A stretch of DNA of 63,890 nucleotides, counting the filler, from Xylographa opegraphella (taxonomy: Eukaryota): the NCBI GenBank assembly GCA_022813865.1. It is 3 parts of 3 records of this genome, joined end to end, with 100 filler letters (N's around TTAATTAATTAA, not from the genome) between each part and the next. Parts side by side here need not be neighbours in the genome. Positions count along the whole stretch, not along the records: positions 1 to 28,032 come from JALDZX010000123.1; 2 more parts are not named here. One strand, written 5' to 3'. Within the stretch, counting starts at the first letter, position 1. Each line of letters opens with the position of its first letter. Shown here piece by piece: positions 12,788-26,200 of the stretch. The notes beneath the pieces were generated by a model. That model did not search any database. It had not been told where the DNA came from and saw nothing but the letters and a program-made list of their open reading frames with translations. The translations under genes and the position numbers were made by a program.

Positions 12788-14679
12788 AAGATATTTATTC
12801 CAAATTTAAATTCCATAGCAGGCTTTACCTGTGTGGCCATTATACTTATAATCTTTTTAGTAAATCTTGTAGTAAACGTTTGTACAAGCGCTATAATGCA
12901 TTATATAATAACGTGGGTATTCTGGGTTTACTTGATAATTCTAATTCCCTTTATTTAATATATTTCGGCATTTTTGGCTCGACAGTTTTTTTGTAGATTT
13001 AATTATTGGGATTATTTGGCTCGATTTTTTATTCCTTGGGGTCTTTCTCGATTCGCAGGCTATTAATGTTTAAATCGCTTTTTCCGTTGTTAATAATTTT
13101 TATTTAAAGACTATTTTTTAATGCTAAATGTTATTCTTGCTAATACTGACCTAATTATTTAAAATTAAGGTAAGTTTCGTATTTTTCTCCTTATATAAAA
13201 ACAGCTGTTTGTCTTCCTTTTTAAACTTCGATTTTATCGGAAATTTTAAATATATATTTATCTATGGTTTAGGCACCTTGTTCTTTGACCGACAGTTTTT
13301 CGCAATATAATCGATCTTTTTACATACGTAATAAATAATCCCTGTTTTCTTACCCCGTAAATGCTGTTTCCCAAACCCCTACTTTTGCTTTTGAAACACA
13401 TCGATCTCTATTGGTATTGGTCCATAAGGGTTTGGCGTTTTATATAATCTTTCCTTTGTTTTAAAGTCGTTTTCTTAATAATCAGTTCTTGTCGTACCTC
13501 CGGTTTCGTGTCTGCGTTCCATGGCCTTTTTATATAATTTATTATCAATTTTAAGCATACTTCGATCATTTAATTCATAGTTTTAATTGCGGTACCAGTT
13601 CTTATTAACTCATTTTTTACTAAGTCTTTAAGTCCCTTTCGGTACATTACAATTAAAGCATCGTCGTTCCATTCAGTCTGTATCGCAAACTGTTAAAATC
13701 GAGTCGAGTGTTTTATACAAAATCCTTTTTATTTAAGATTTTATATGATTCGTATTGTCGTATTCTTTTCGTTTAATAGTTCGAAAACTCTTCGAATTTC
13801 GACCTTAAAGGTTGCAAAGCTTCTTAACTAATTGGAGTCCGTATCGTCAGGGTTCTCGAGATGTTTCTTAAGATAAAGGGTAATCCATTTCCAAGCTTGT
13901 CCTCGTATGTACGTAATAGCGAAGAGTGACTTTTTCAGCTCTGGGATGCTGTTCCCCTGGATCCCAAAGAACAGGTCCATCTATATAAGCCAGTCCTCTA
14001 GGTGGTCCCTATCTCTTTTATATTTATTAGATCTCTCTACCTTAACGCGATTATTTTCTCCTGTAATATCTCTTCTGTTGCCTTCTGCAATACTTGGGGG
14101 TAAATTTGGTTGTGCTCCTGATACACTTATCTTGAAAATGTTCAAAGTGTTACGATCCTGCTTCTTATAAATATAATTCGAATCGGGATCTAGGTTGGAT
14201 TCGTCAATAAATAAATAAAAAGATACAGTAACAGTTTAATAATTCTTTAAGAATAATAGTTTTCGTACAAAAAGTTTATATTGAAGCCTATTATTCTAAG
14301 ATTATAACATGAGTTGAATACGCCTTTTATAATAAAGAAAATCCTTCATTTTATATAGAAGTCATGTTTTGAAATGCCTCCCATGCCTCCCAAGGAGGCC
14401 ACTAAGGTTAAGGGGTTACTCCTTCTATGCCTTCTACGAAGGCAGAGAAGGCAGCCGAAATAAGGTTTCTTCGACCCTTGTTCCACACAACATTGATTAA
14501 AACCTTATCACTTATTTACGTAAAGATTTTTATAAAAATTTTAATTTTTTTTAACTATATATCAATAATAATATAAAACGTTAAGGAGTATTTAATCGCG
14601 ATATTTAATAATATATAAATTAATTTGTCGTTTTAAATTAAATAGTTATTATTAAAAAAAATAAAATTCGTTTCGTAAT

Positions 14680-14862
14680 TGTCACGGCTCATCAACTCAC
14701 CACGCAAGCACGCCTAGAACGTAAGCTTTAGGTGGACGATTTCAACCTAGATTAAGATGGAGAAGCGGTGAGGCTGCTCCATGGGCGAGANTATATACTA
14801 AAGGTGCTAGTCCTGATCCAGCCCGACCCCTATTACCTGTGACTGATGTCATAGCCGTCACA
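14680..14862. mobile_element. Solo LTR, family B, nested in element E
   Basis: TG...CA ends and GTAAT TSD. Confidence 0.93.
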
Positions 14863-15598
14863 GTAATTATAATATCGACGATATATTTAAATCTTATTAT
14901 TCGCGATGGCATACTATTTTTTAAAAATAATAAAAATAATATTTTATTTGCGCTATGAAATTACATTTTGAAAAAATATTATAATACTTTAATAGCGAAA
15001 TATTTCGAAATAACGAGAATATTTTATTTTATTAATATATATCATTACTAACTCAAATTAAAGATTTTATTCGAAATTTTATAAAAATGTGTAATATATA
15101 TTAAAGAATAAAGATGCCTCGGGTAATATCGAACAGATAATTGTAATTGTTATTTATGTTTGGGCCAGTATTTTAATTAACATAATTATAAAATTTGTAC
15201 GTTTTATATTCTCGGCCGATAAAAACTATAATTTAAAATATAATTCGATAATAATCGTAGTTGATAAATTAAATAAAATTATTTATTTTATTTTATATTA
15301 CATTAAAATAAACGCGGCTTAATTCGAATATTTAATAATTAAAGAAATTTTTAAGTATTATATAATTTTGAAATCATATGTAAGCGATAAAGGCGTTTTA
15401 TTTATATTAAAATTTGAAAAAATATTATTCGAAATACTAAAAATTAAATCCAAACTGTTAATAATTTATTATTTTTAATTCGATAAATAAATTAAAAGAT
15501 ATAATTAAATAGTAAAACAATATTTACGGGTTTTTATAAATTAAAATTCAAACGATTAAGCGGATTATTTATCGCTGGCTAAATATATATATAATAAT

Positions 15599-15830
15599 TG
15601 TAACGGCGTGTTACATGGCACTTTAACAAGTGATAGACGGAACGGGACTAAAGCGCGTCCGGGACTCAGGCTAGTTCGAAAGCGGTTANNNNNNNNNNNN
15701 NNNNNNNNNNNNNNNNNNNNNNNNNNNNNNNNNNNNNNNNNNNNNNNNNNNNNNNTATTCTAGGTTGAAATCGCTCACCTATAGCTGTGGTTCTAGGCCT
15801 GCTTTTCGGGTGAGATAGCGAGCCTTAACA
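15599..15830. mobile_element. Solo LTR, family A, opposite orientation to the 12558 copy
   Basis: Reverse complement of 12558-12787 with an internal N gap, and ATAAT TSD. Confidence 0.9.
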
Positions 15831-18800
15831 ATAATAGTATTAATATATTTATAAAAATATTACTTTGTTCGGAAAAAAAGGATAATATTAACGACTATAG
15901 ATAATAATAAATATTGAAATTAACGAAATGTTAAGAAACGCTATAATTTACGCGAAAAATATTAAAAAATATTACTAAAAATTAAAATATATAATAAAAA
16001 CCGTACAGAAAATTTAAGCAAAATATTATAATAAATATTATTTTTTAGTAAAATTTAAAGAAAACGACTTAAAATTTTTTTTAAAAAATTAGAATATTCG
16101 AACAACACGTTTATCAAAAAATTTAACGATCGATATTTCGAACTATTTCGAATTATTAAACGTATTGAAAAATAAATTTATAGATTAAACCTTTTGAATA
16201 TATATAAAATTTATAATATTTTTACCCAAAACTGTTTAAACTGCGGGAAATAAATACGCGATCGTTAATTATTTTATTTTTTATTAAAATAATAAATAAA
16301 AACGAATTATATTAAAAGTTTATTATCGAAGAAATAATATAATTAAAATCTATTAAACGTAGATTTAAATATATTAAACGTAGATTTAAATATATTTATA
16401 AATAATAAAATTATAAAAATACTACCATCGAGTTAGTAAAAATTATCGAGGAAAACGCGTCGTTATTAATAAAAAACATTTATAAATTTTTTTTTGCCCC
16501 AGGCCTTTTGCTTAATAAATAATTATTCAAATTTTTATAAATAATTTATTGATTTATATTTCGTTTGTATTTATATTCTATTAATAAATATACGTTACGT
16601 TCGTATTATATTTATTATTTTATATTTTATTTATATTCGTAAATTTTTATATTACGTTTGTATTCGCGAAGTTTTATTTTATGTTTATAATAGCTATTTT
16701 TATATTTCGTTTATATTTATATTATATATTACGATTATAAGTATTTCACGTTATATTTATATAAAATTTTAAATCTTTTTGAGGCCAAAAAGCATAGAAA
16801 AGGGGAAAATATTATAAGGCGTAAAATTCGAAATGGCGTTCGATCTGCCTGTTTATTTATTTATTTATCGATTTGTATTTTAAGCATAATTTTGGACTGC
16901 TTGCATCCTGGGCGTAACTTCTCGTTTAAAAAGCTTAATATATATATAATTAAAACTTGCGATTTTAAACGGTTCCCTCCTTAATTTTAACTTAATAAAT
17001 TAAATACGTATTGTATTTTGAGTTCAAACCTTGCATTTTATAGTCGCCTGGCAGAATACTCTTTATATTGTTCAAAAATAATATAAACGTTAATTTATTA
17101 TTAAATTAACGTAGTCGTTAAATTAAAGTAGCCGTTAAGTTAACATAATAATATATAAAGAAATATTTTTTTACGTATTTTAATAAATAATTTAACAAAG
17201 TATTAATTTTATTATATTCATTTTATTTCTTTATTTCAATTGATTATAAACTCGAGTTTGCGCAACGATTGAAATAAATAATTTTAGAAAATAATTTAAT
17301 ACTTGAAAACTTATTATAAATATTTATTACGCATTTTTTATAATAAAAATAAATAAATAAATATATATTAAACGGCTTTTATTACGTGTTTTAAATAAAT
17401 AAATAAATTTTATGATTATTCATTACGCGATTTCTTTAACAAAAATAAATAAATCTTTCGTAATTCAAAAGTTTACGATATTCGCGGTAGTTCATTAAGC
17501 GGAATTAATATATATATATTTTTATTAATATTCAATACGATAATAAATATTCTTTTAATAATATTTTTTTATCGCGAGTAAAATTATATATTATTTAAAA
17601 CAATTCCATTTTAACTTGTTCGTAAACAGATTAAAATTTAATAAATAATGTTATATATTATAATTATATGTTATGATTATATATTATAATTTTACTTATT
17701 TATTTTCTACGAAAGATTTGTCGTTATAAATTTTATTAAATTTCATAGTTTTAAGCATTTTTTATGCTAATAAAAATAAATTATTTTTAATAATTTGTTT
17801 TCGTTAAAAGTTGTTTTATATTTGAATACATATTTTGTATAATCGAGTAAATAATTAATGTTTACGCTATAATTATTTTTATATTTGAAAATATTATTTT
17901 AATTAATAACTTAATTACTTTGGTATTTAAAATCTTTAAAAAATAATTTAAATTTTTATAATTATATTTAATAACGATAAATGGGCTAAACAAATCAAAA
18001 ATAACGTAAAGGCGTATTATTAAATAATTATTTATATCGATGATATCGATTAAAAACGCGTATAAAAGTTTATAACGATTAAAATAAATAAAATTTATTA
18101 AAGCGTAAATATACGTATTTTTTATTAATTATTAAAAATTCAATTTAATTACGATTAAAGAAGCCCGAATATATTTATAAAAAAATTAAAAAATTAATTG
18201 TAACATAAACTTTTTATTCACGGTTATTTTCGATAATATTAAAAAAACTAACTATTTTTGAATTCGTTTTTGGAAAAATATAAAATAGTTAAAAATAATC
18301 TTGATTTACGAAAAATTTATAATAATGAACTTTTTTATTAAATTATTAAACAAAATTTATTCTAAAGTTTTAAATAATGTCGCGTTTTAAAGCAATATCC
18401 CGTTTTAAAGCAAATAAAATAACCGCGAAAAAAAGAATAAAAATAGTAAATTTTTATTATTAAAAAAATTATTTAACCTCGAACAATCGAAATTTTATTA
18501 TAATAAATTGAATAAATACATTTTTATTAAAAAAACTATCGCTTAATAAATTATAATTAAATTTTTTTCGTTAAAAAGTTAAATAATTCAAAATAATTAT
18601 ATAACTTTTTGAATGTAAATTATTAATAAAAATGAAAAATTATAAAAAAGATCGAAGTAAAAATCTTCGCGAATATAACGCTAAAAACTAATTAAATAAT
18701 AATAAATTAACGAATTTTAAACTTAATTTTAAAAATAAAGCGATCGAAACTGTCGTTTTTCTTTAAATTTTTATTAGTAAATTTTTTAAATTCGATTAAA

Positions 18801-18957
18801 CAATCTATTTTAACGCTTTTTTATATAATTATTTAATAAAAATTTTATAATAAATTTTTAATCAAAATAAAAAAACGTCCAATAAAAATTAAAAAACAAA
18901 TAAATATCAATTACGTTAATACGATTATTATATAAAATTAAAATAATTTTAATTTAA

Positions 18958-19110
18958 TTTCAATTTTATATTCAATTTTATATTCATTTTTATATTCGTT
19001 TTTATATTCATTTTAATATTCGTTTTTATATTCATTTTTATATTCATTTTTATATTTATTTTATATTCATTTTTATATTCATATTTATATTCATTTTTAT
19101 ATCATTTTTT
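18958..19110. repeat. Degenerate 12-bp tandem repeat (TTTATATTCATT-like) inside the Copia element
   Basis: Read directly. Confidence 0.7.
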
Positions 19111-21425
19111 ATTTAACCTTTTATATAGTCTTCTATATAATGTTTTATATAATGATTTATATTCTTAATTTGTTATATTTTTGATTTTAATATTAATTTT
19201 CTTTAATAAATAAAGATACCAAAAAAGCTTACCTAGTAATTTATAAAACAAATTACATATATATAATTAAAATAGTAATTAATTAATTATTATTCGTAAG
19301 AAAGCAGCGTATATATTATTAAAAGAATATTTTCATTATTTTTATTTCTATTTGCAGCAAAGCTGAGGGTGAATTATTTATTAAAAACATAAAAATAATT
19401 TATTTTTTGAGCTAATCAACGTTTTTATATTTAATTAAAAAATCTTTTTAATTATTCATTAATAATGTAAATTTTATATTTAATAAAAAGATTTACGTCG
19501 TTCAAAGACAATATAATTAAAATAGTAATTTTTTAATACTTTCGATTCGCGTATTTAAAATACGCTAAAATTAAAACTTTATATAAAAAAAGTAAAAATT
19601 CAAAATTAATTATCGTATGAAAAAGTATTAACAATATTTACGAAATTTACATTTTTTTTAAAATTTCGAAATTAAAAATTTTACGTTGTAAATAAACGTA
19701 TATTTAAATTTTTCGTTTTAATTTTAATGAAAATACACAAAGTTTTATTAATATTTTATGATTTGTTTTTTGTTTTTTCTTATCGTAAATTTTTATTTTA
19801 AACTTTAAAATATTTCGTTAAAATAAAGATTAAACGCGATCGTCGAGCTGAATAAATAAAAAATAATTTTAATTTTAATTTTTAATATTTAAAATTACTT
19901 TTTTATTATAATTTATGATAATAACGTTTTTAAATTTTAATTTACTTTAAATGATTAAAAAAAATTAACATTGAAATTGTTTTATAATGTATAATATTTT
20001 ATAAATTAATATAAAATAGCGTTATTAAACGATTATCATAAATCTCGAAGAATTTAATACGCGTTATAATTAAAAATATAAAGAAATTTATCAAATTTTA
20101 CTAAAAATCGAAGTAATTAATATTTATTTAAAAAATTTAATCCATACTGGGCTTATAAATAACGGCACGTCAATATTATTCAAAAAAAACCTGAATAAAT
20201 ACTATTTTTAACGTCAAATATATCAAGGTTTAAAAATATAAATATTATTTTTACGTTATTTCGAATCAAAAAAAATCAAAAAAATCAAAAAAAATCAAAA
20301 GAAAAAATCAAAAGAATTATATCGCGCGGTCCTACAGGGGTATTAATAAACTACGTTAACGAAATTAATAAATGTAATATTTATAAACATCGAATGTTTA
20401 ATGCGTTATTAAAAACAACGCGGTAAAATTAAAAAAAATTAAAAAATTAAAAAATTAAAAAAATCAATTGATTTTAAATTTTTAAAATAAATTGCGAACT
20501 TTTATTTTATTAAAAATTTAAGATTAATCAATTTTTTGTATATTATTTATAAATAATATAAACGTCGTACCGATCAAAAAAATTCGTTAATTTTTTTTAA
20601 AAAAGAATTTTAAGATTTATAAAAAATTTAAGGAATCGATTATATTTGAAAGTTTATTAAACAATTTTTTTATTGATAATTAAACTTTTTAATATATAAC
20701 GACTTTTAAGCGAATCGATTTAATCTATTAAAGTATTTAAAACGCGTTATCGTTCGTCAAAATTCCTTTTATTTAATCATTTAAAAAGAAATTAAATAAG
20801 GTTAATTTCGATAATAATTAAACAATATAAATTTCTGTTATTTTGATTTTAGTAAAGTTTATCGGTAAATAATTATCTTTTGATTTGAAAAAACCCGACG
20901 AAATAAATTCTATTGATTATAATTTAAAGATAATAAATTTATTTTAAAAATTTATTATTTAAAGTTAAAAAAGAATTTAATAATATAATATAATCAGCGT
21001 TTTTAGCGCAAAATAATAAAAATAACGAATTAATTACGAAAATAAATATCATCTTTATTTCGTTAATGTATAAAAAAATAATTAACGATTTAAAATAATT
21101 TTCTTAAATTATAAATTTAACATTGTCGTATTCGTATTTAATTATAAATTTTAAAAAAGTAATTTTATTAAAAAACGTTAATATCGTTATAAATAAATAA
21201 ATATTTAAATCGAAATTTTATATTAATAATTTATTAAATACATTTATAACTCGTATTGTAACAATTCTTTTTGAAAATACGACGTAAATTACGAAAATAT
21301 TTTTATTTTAATAATAAAATATAATATGTTTCGTTTTTTTCCATTAATTATTATAAATAATTCAAAATGCGATTAAATAAACGTTAATAATACTTTTGTT
21401 AAACTTTTTAGAAAAAATTATATAT

Positions 21426-21681
21426 TGTGGTGGATTCGGGGCGGGTCTTTTGGGCGCTTTTTGATTTGGAGCTTCCTTCCTCACGCATCTGCATATAGCG
21501 ATAGAGCAGCAGAGCCACAACGGCAGTTAATTCGTTTTTTTCTTCTTTTCACTCTCTGTCGGANNNNNNNNNACCTTATTCAGAAAAGACTTGACCTAGC
21601 TGCGACCCCGATCCAATCCTTTTGCCTACCCCTTTGCCTACTCAACTAGGCTGCTGCGGACTTCCTACGAATTCCTTTACA
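21426..21681. mobile_element. Solo LTR, family F (single copy in the window), GC-rich
   Basis: TG...CA ends. ATAT flanks both sides, and the homologous empty site near 24721-24740 fits a 4-bp TSD. Confidence 0.8.
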
Positions 21682-22247
21682 ATATCGCCTTTATTAAAAA
21701 CTAAATTTAAATCAAAAGATTATTTAAAAACATTGCAAATTTTTTATAATTTTGAATAAATAACCCGTAATTACTATAAACGTTAAATTTAATATTTTGA
21801 ACGAATTAAATTTAAATAATAGAATATTAATTTATATTAATTTATTAATTTTAAAAAAGAATTTATTTACTTTTATATATAAATGATAATAAAATCGCAG
21901 TACCGCGTTAAATTAAAATTAATTAAATTAAAATTTAATTCGTAAATTTTATTTAAAATTAAAAATTTGAAAAAATCAAGAGAATTCTCGATAATTAAAT
22001 TTCGCTCGATAAAAAAACGTTTAATTCGTTTGAATTAAATTTATTATTTAAAACAAATTCGCAGAATTATATATAAAAATCGATAAATATAAAATAATAA
22101 GAATATTAATAAACGATTATAATTCGTTTTAATTAATCGGCATTAAAAACAAAAAAAGTAATTAATGCGAATATTAATACGTAATTAAAATTTTAATATA
22201 CGTAAGTATATATACGCGTTTTAATATCGTTTTTATTTTAAAAAGGT

Positions 22248-22431
22248 TGTGACGGCTATGACATTAGTCACAGGTAATAGGGGTCGGGCTGGATCAGGAC
22301 TAGCACCTTTAGTATATAGTCTCGCCCATGGAGNNNNNNNNNNNNNNNNNNNNNNNNNNNNNNNNNNNAAATCGTCCACCTAAAGCTTACGTTCTAGGCG
22401 TGCTTGTGTGGTGAGTTGATGAGCCGTAACA
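22248..22431. mobile_element. Solo LTR, family B, opposite orientation to the 14680 copy
   Basis: Reverse complement of 14680-14862, and AAGGT TSD. Confidence 0.92.
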
Positions 22432-22670
22432 AAGGTTAAATTAATGTTTTATTAATTTTATAAAATATTATAATCGCGTACTGAAAAATTTACTTCATTG
22501 CGTTTAATTAATAATCAATTTCAAAATAATTAAAAAAAATAATAAAATTTTTTAATTGTTTTTCCTATTTTAATTTTAATTACGCGATAAATAAGCAAAA
22601 TCGAAAATTTATTTTTAAATATATTTATATATACATATATTTAGCGAAGGATTAATTATTTAAATAAATT

Positions 22671-23290
22671 TGAAAAATGCAAGATTTTGAGCTCGAGGTG
22701 CAAAGCGTGTTTTGATTTATTAAATTAAAATTAAAGAGTGACGTTTGAAATCGCAGATTCCGATTATATGCATATTAAGTTTTTTAAATAAAAAACCACG
22801 CCTAAAATGCGAGCAGGCAGAAACCACGTTTAAAATATAAATAAATAAATAGGTCGGCAGGCAAATAAATCGATAAATCAAACGTTATTTTAAACTTTAT
22901 ATTTTACAGTATTTTCCTTTTTTTATACTTTCTGGCCTTAAAAAAACCTAAAAACGTAATATAAAATATAACTATAAACGTAACGTATAAAATAAATATA
23001 AATATAAATAAAATATAAAATAACACGAATATAAATATAATATAAAAATTCGCGAATATAAATGGATTGTAAAATAATACATATAATATAAATATAACGT
23101 AAATTAATTAATCAAATGCGAATATAAATGTTATATGAAATTATAAATTTTCGCGGCGAAATGCGATTTAAATGATTATTTATTAAATAGCGGGCCTGGG
23201 GCGAAAGAGTATTTCTTATAAAATTCTTTTATTAATAACTATGCGTTTTATTTAATGATTTCTGCTGATTTAATACTTATATTTTTATAG
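22671..23290 (-). mobile_element. 3' end of a second family E Gypsy element (3' LTR 22671-22908 plus 3' internal region)
   Basis: Reverse complement of ~16400-17042, including the purine tract. Confidence 0.8.
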
Positions 23291-26200
23291 AGTTGAAATG
23301 AATGGGCGGAATCAAAATAGTGAAATCAGTGCTTTATTGAATTATCTATCAAAATGCGTAAAAAGATTGCTTTCTTCTTATGGAAAAAAGCTTTTTTATA
23401 TATAATTACGCTAGTTCAAAAGCATTTTAACGTTCATATTGCCTAAAAGCATTATAAGAAACATTTTATTAAATAACATTATTTTTAATATTTTTTTTCA
23501 ATGTTTATTGAATCGCCAGCTTTCATTACTCTTAAAATTTAATTAAATAATAAATTTTTAAAGTTGAATTTAAGCAGCGGCTTAATTAATTTATCTGCGA
23601 TTATATTTTACGTAAATGCGAAATTATTTTAAATTTAATTTTTTTCATGAAGGTTTTTTGATAAAATAACAAACAATATTAACATATTTTAATATTTTGT
23701 AAATATAAACGTTTTTGACCAGCGTTAATAATATTTTTTTTTCATTACATCGGTGAGTTTTTTTAATATTAATTACTTTTTATAATATAAATATTATTTA
23801 AATCGATATTTAAATATTTACTGCAGCCAATTTTTTTAAATAGTTATATAATTCAGAGTTTCTCCTTCGCGCAGCTCGACAGGGTTATATATTTAACTAT
23901 AATAATTAAAATAAATATTAATTTTTTTTAACTTGTTCAAATAATTAACCTTTTACTAAATATATATATATACTTAAAAATAAAATTTCGATTTTCTTTA
24001 TTTATTACGTGATCGAAATCGAAATAGTGAATAAAATTAAAGTTTTTACCATTTTTTATAAATTACTTCACGATTAATCGTCGATCGAATGTAACGAAGC
24101 AGAATTTTCAATACCTAATTATAATATTTTACAAAATTATTAAAATAATAATTTAATTTTTTTAAAACAAAAATAAAATTAAAACTCGTATATATAACCA
24201 CGTATATTAAACTTTTGATTACGTATTAATATTCGCGTTAATCGATTCTTTTATTCTCAAAGCCGCTTAACTGAAGCGAATCGTAATCGTTTATTAAAAT
24301 CTTTATTACTTTATATTTATCGATATTTATATATAACTTTACAAAAAGAAAATTTAAATAATAAAAAAAATTTAAACGAATTAAACAAATTTTTTTATCG
24401 CGCGTGATTTAAATGCCGAGGATTTTCTTAATCTCCTTAAAATTTTTAACCTTAAAATTTTTTATCGATTTAATTTTCAATTAAATAATTTCAACCCGAC
24501 GCGGTACTGCGATTTTAATATTATTTACGTATAAAAATAGCTAAATTCCTTTTTTTTTTAAAATAAATTAATAAATAAAAATCGGCGTTATATTATTTGA
24601 AATCGATTCGCTTAAAATTTTAAACACAGCGTGTATATTAATTACAGACTACTTATTTAAAGTCGTAAAGATTTGGCGGAATTTTTAAATAATATTTTAA
24701 TTTAAACTTTAATCCCCGGTAAAGGCGATAAATAATTTTTTTAAAAGAAACATAATAAAAACGTTATTAACGTTTATTTAATTATATTTTAAATTTTTTA
24801 TAACGATTAACGCGAAAAAAAAAACGAAACGTATTATATTTTATTATGAAAATAAAAGTATTTTCGTAATTAACGTCGTATTTTCCAAAAAAATCGATTA
24901 TAATATAAGTTTTAAATTTATTTAATAAATCGTTAACATAAAATTTCGATTTAAATATTTATTTATCTATAATGATTTTAGCGTTTTTTATAAAAATATT
25001 TTTTTCTAAATTTTATTAAATATAAATACGCCGATTTTCGCCTTTGCGACCTTTTTTTTTAAAAAAAATTTTGTTTTAAATTATTAATTATTTTTCTATA
25101 CGTTCAGGAAATAAAAACGATATTTAATTTCATAATTATTCTATTATTTTTATCGTTTTTCGCTAAAAATGTTATTTATATTATATTATTAAATTTTTTT
25201 CGATTTTGAATAATAAATTTTTTAAACTAACTGAAAATATTTTTATTATTTTTAAATTTTAATTAACAAAGTTTATTTTATCAACTTTTTTTAAAGTTAA
25301 AAAATAGTTTTTTAATAATAAATTTCGTTAAAATTAAAACGAAAAAGATTTATAATAATTAATTATTATGGAAATTGACCTTGCTAAAAAAATTAAAAAT
25401 TAAAAAACTAAAAAAAAAACCTTTAACGATCGATAACGCGGTTTAAATACTTTCATCGATTAAATCTTTTTACTTAACAATCGCTATATACATATATATA
25501 ATTTAATTACTAGCAAAATTCTTTTTAAATAAATAAAAAAATTTATTCGACAGGCTTTTAAACGTAATCAATTACTTAAATTCTTTATAAATTTTAAAAC
25601 TTTTTTCGAGGTTTTTTATAAATCCTTTCTTAATCGATGCGACGTTTATATTATTTACAAATGATGTACAAGGCTTTTTAACAGAGTTTTTAATAAATAA
25701 AACGTTCGCAGTTTATTTAAAAAATTTAAAATCAATCAATTCTTCGAATATGTTTTCTTTAAGTTTTCTCGCGTAGCTTTTAATAACGCGTTAAACATTC
25801 GATATTTATAAATATTGCTATTTATCAATTTTAATAACGTATTTTATAAATATTTTTATACAATCGCGCGGTATAAACTTATTTTATTTTCCTTTTTAAA
25901 ATGGTAATTTCAAATCGACGTAAAAATAATATTTATATTCCCAAATCTTAATATACTTAATATTAAAAATTGTATTTATTTAACCTTTTTTAAGCGATAT
26001 TAATTTGCCGTTAACTATAAATTTAGTATCGATTAAATTTTTTAAATAAATATTAATTAATTCAATTTTAATTTAAAACTCGACGAAAATTTTGATATTT
26101 TTAAATATAACGCATATTAAATTCTTTAAAATTTATATTAATCGTTTAATAACGCTATTTTATATTAATTTATAAAATATTCTATATTATAGAACGATTT

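Larger units (their letters stand above)
8089..14510 (-). mobile_element. Full-length Ty3/Gypsy chromovirus, family C (5' LTR 14148-14510, 3' LTR 8089-8448), RIP-inactivated
   Basis: CTTAT TSD at 8084-8088 and 14511-14515, TG...CA LTRs, and a PPT (ggggggagctag on the minus strand). Minus-strand ORF fragments match RT (FVPKKDGSLKPCIDYRNLN, IYLNDILIYS) and integrase (GHPG, DFITKLP, KVGPF, VHPVF). A CCHC knuckle remnant lies near 13300-13345. Confidence 0.95.
4226..17042 (+). mobile_element. Full-length, heavily RIP-degraded Ty3/Gypsy element, family E (LTRs 4226-4452 and 16813-17042)
   Basis: GTCGC TSD at 4221-4225 and 17043-17047. RT remnant (NYRGLN, TAFxTRY) at ~6950-7200, RNase H to ~8050, integrase at ~14900-16230. 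Purine tract agaaaaggggaaaa lies before the 3' LTR. Confidence 0.85.
4208..22670 (+). mobile_element. Ty1/Copia element; its 5' LTR is split into 4208-4225 and 17043-17241, and the internal gag-int-RT region spans 17242-22670
   Basis: The two LTR halves rejoin across the GTCGC TSD. The LTR is followed by gattataaactc, a RIP-type version of the ggttatgagccc seen after fungal Copia 5' LTRs. The internal part is the reverse complement of 23930-28030. Confidence 0.75.

Noticed and set aside
14680..14862. Families A and B as MITEs because of their 9-10 bp imperfect terminal inverted repeats
   Set aside because: TG...CA ends, variable 5-bp TSDs and a TATA-like site fit solo LTRs better.
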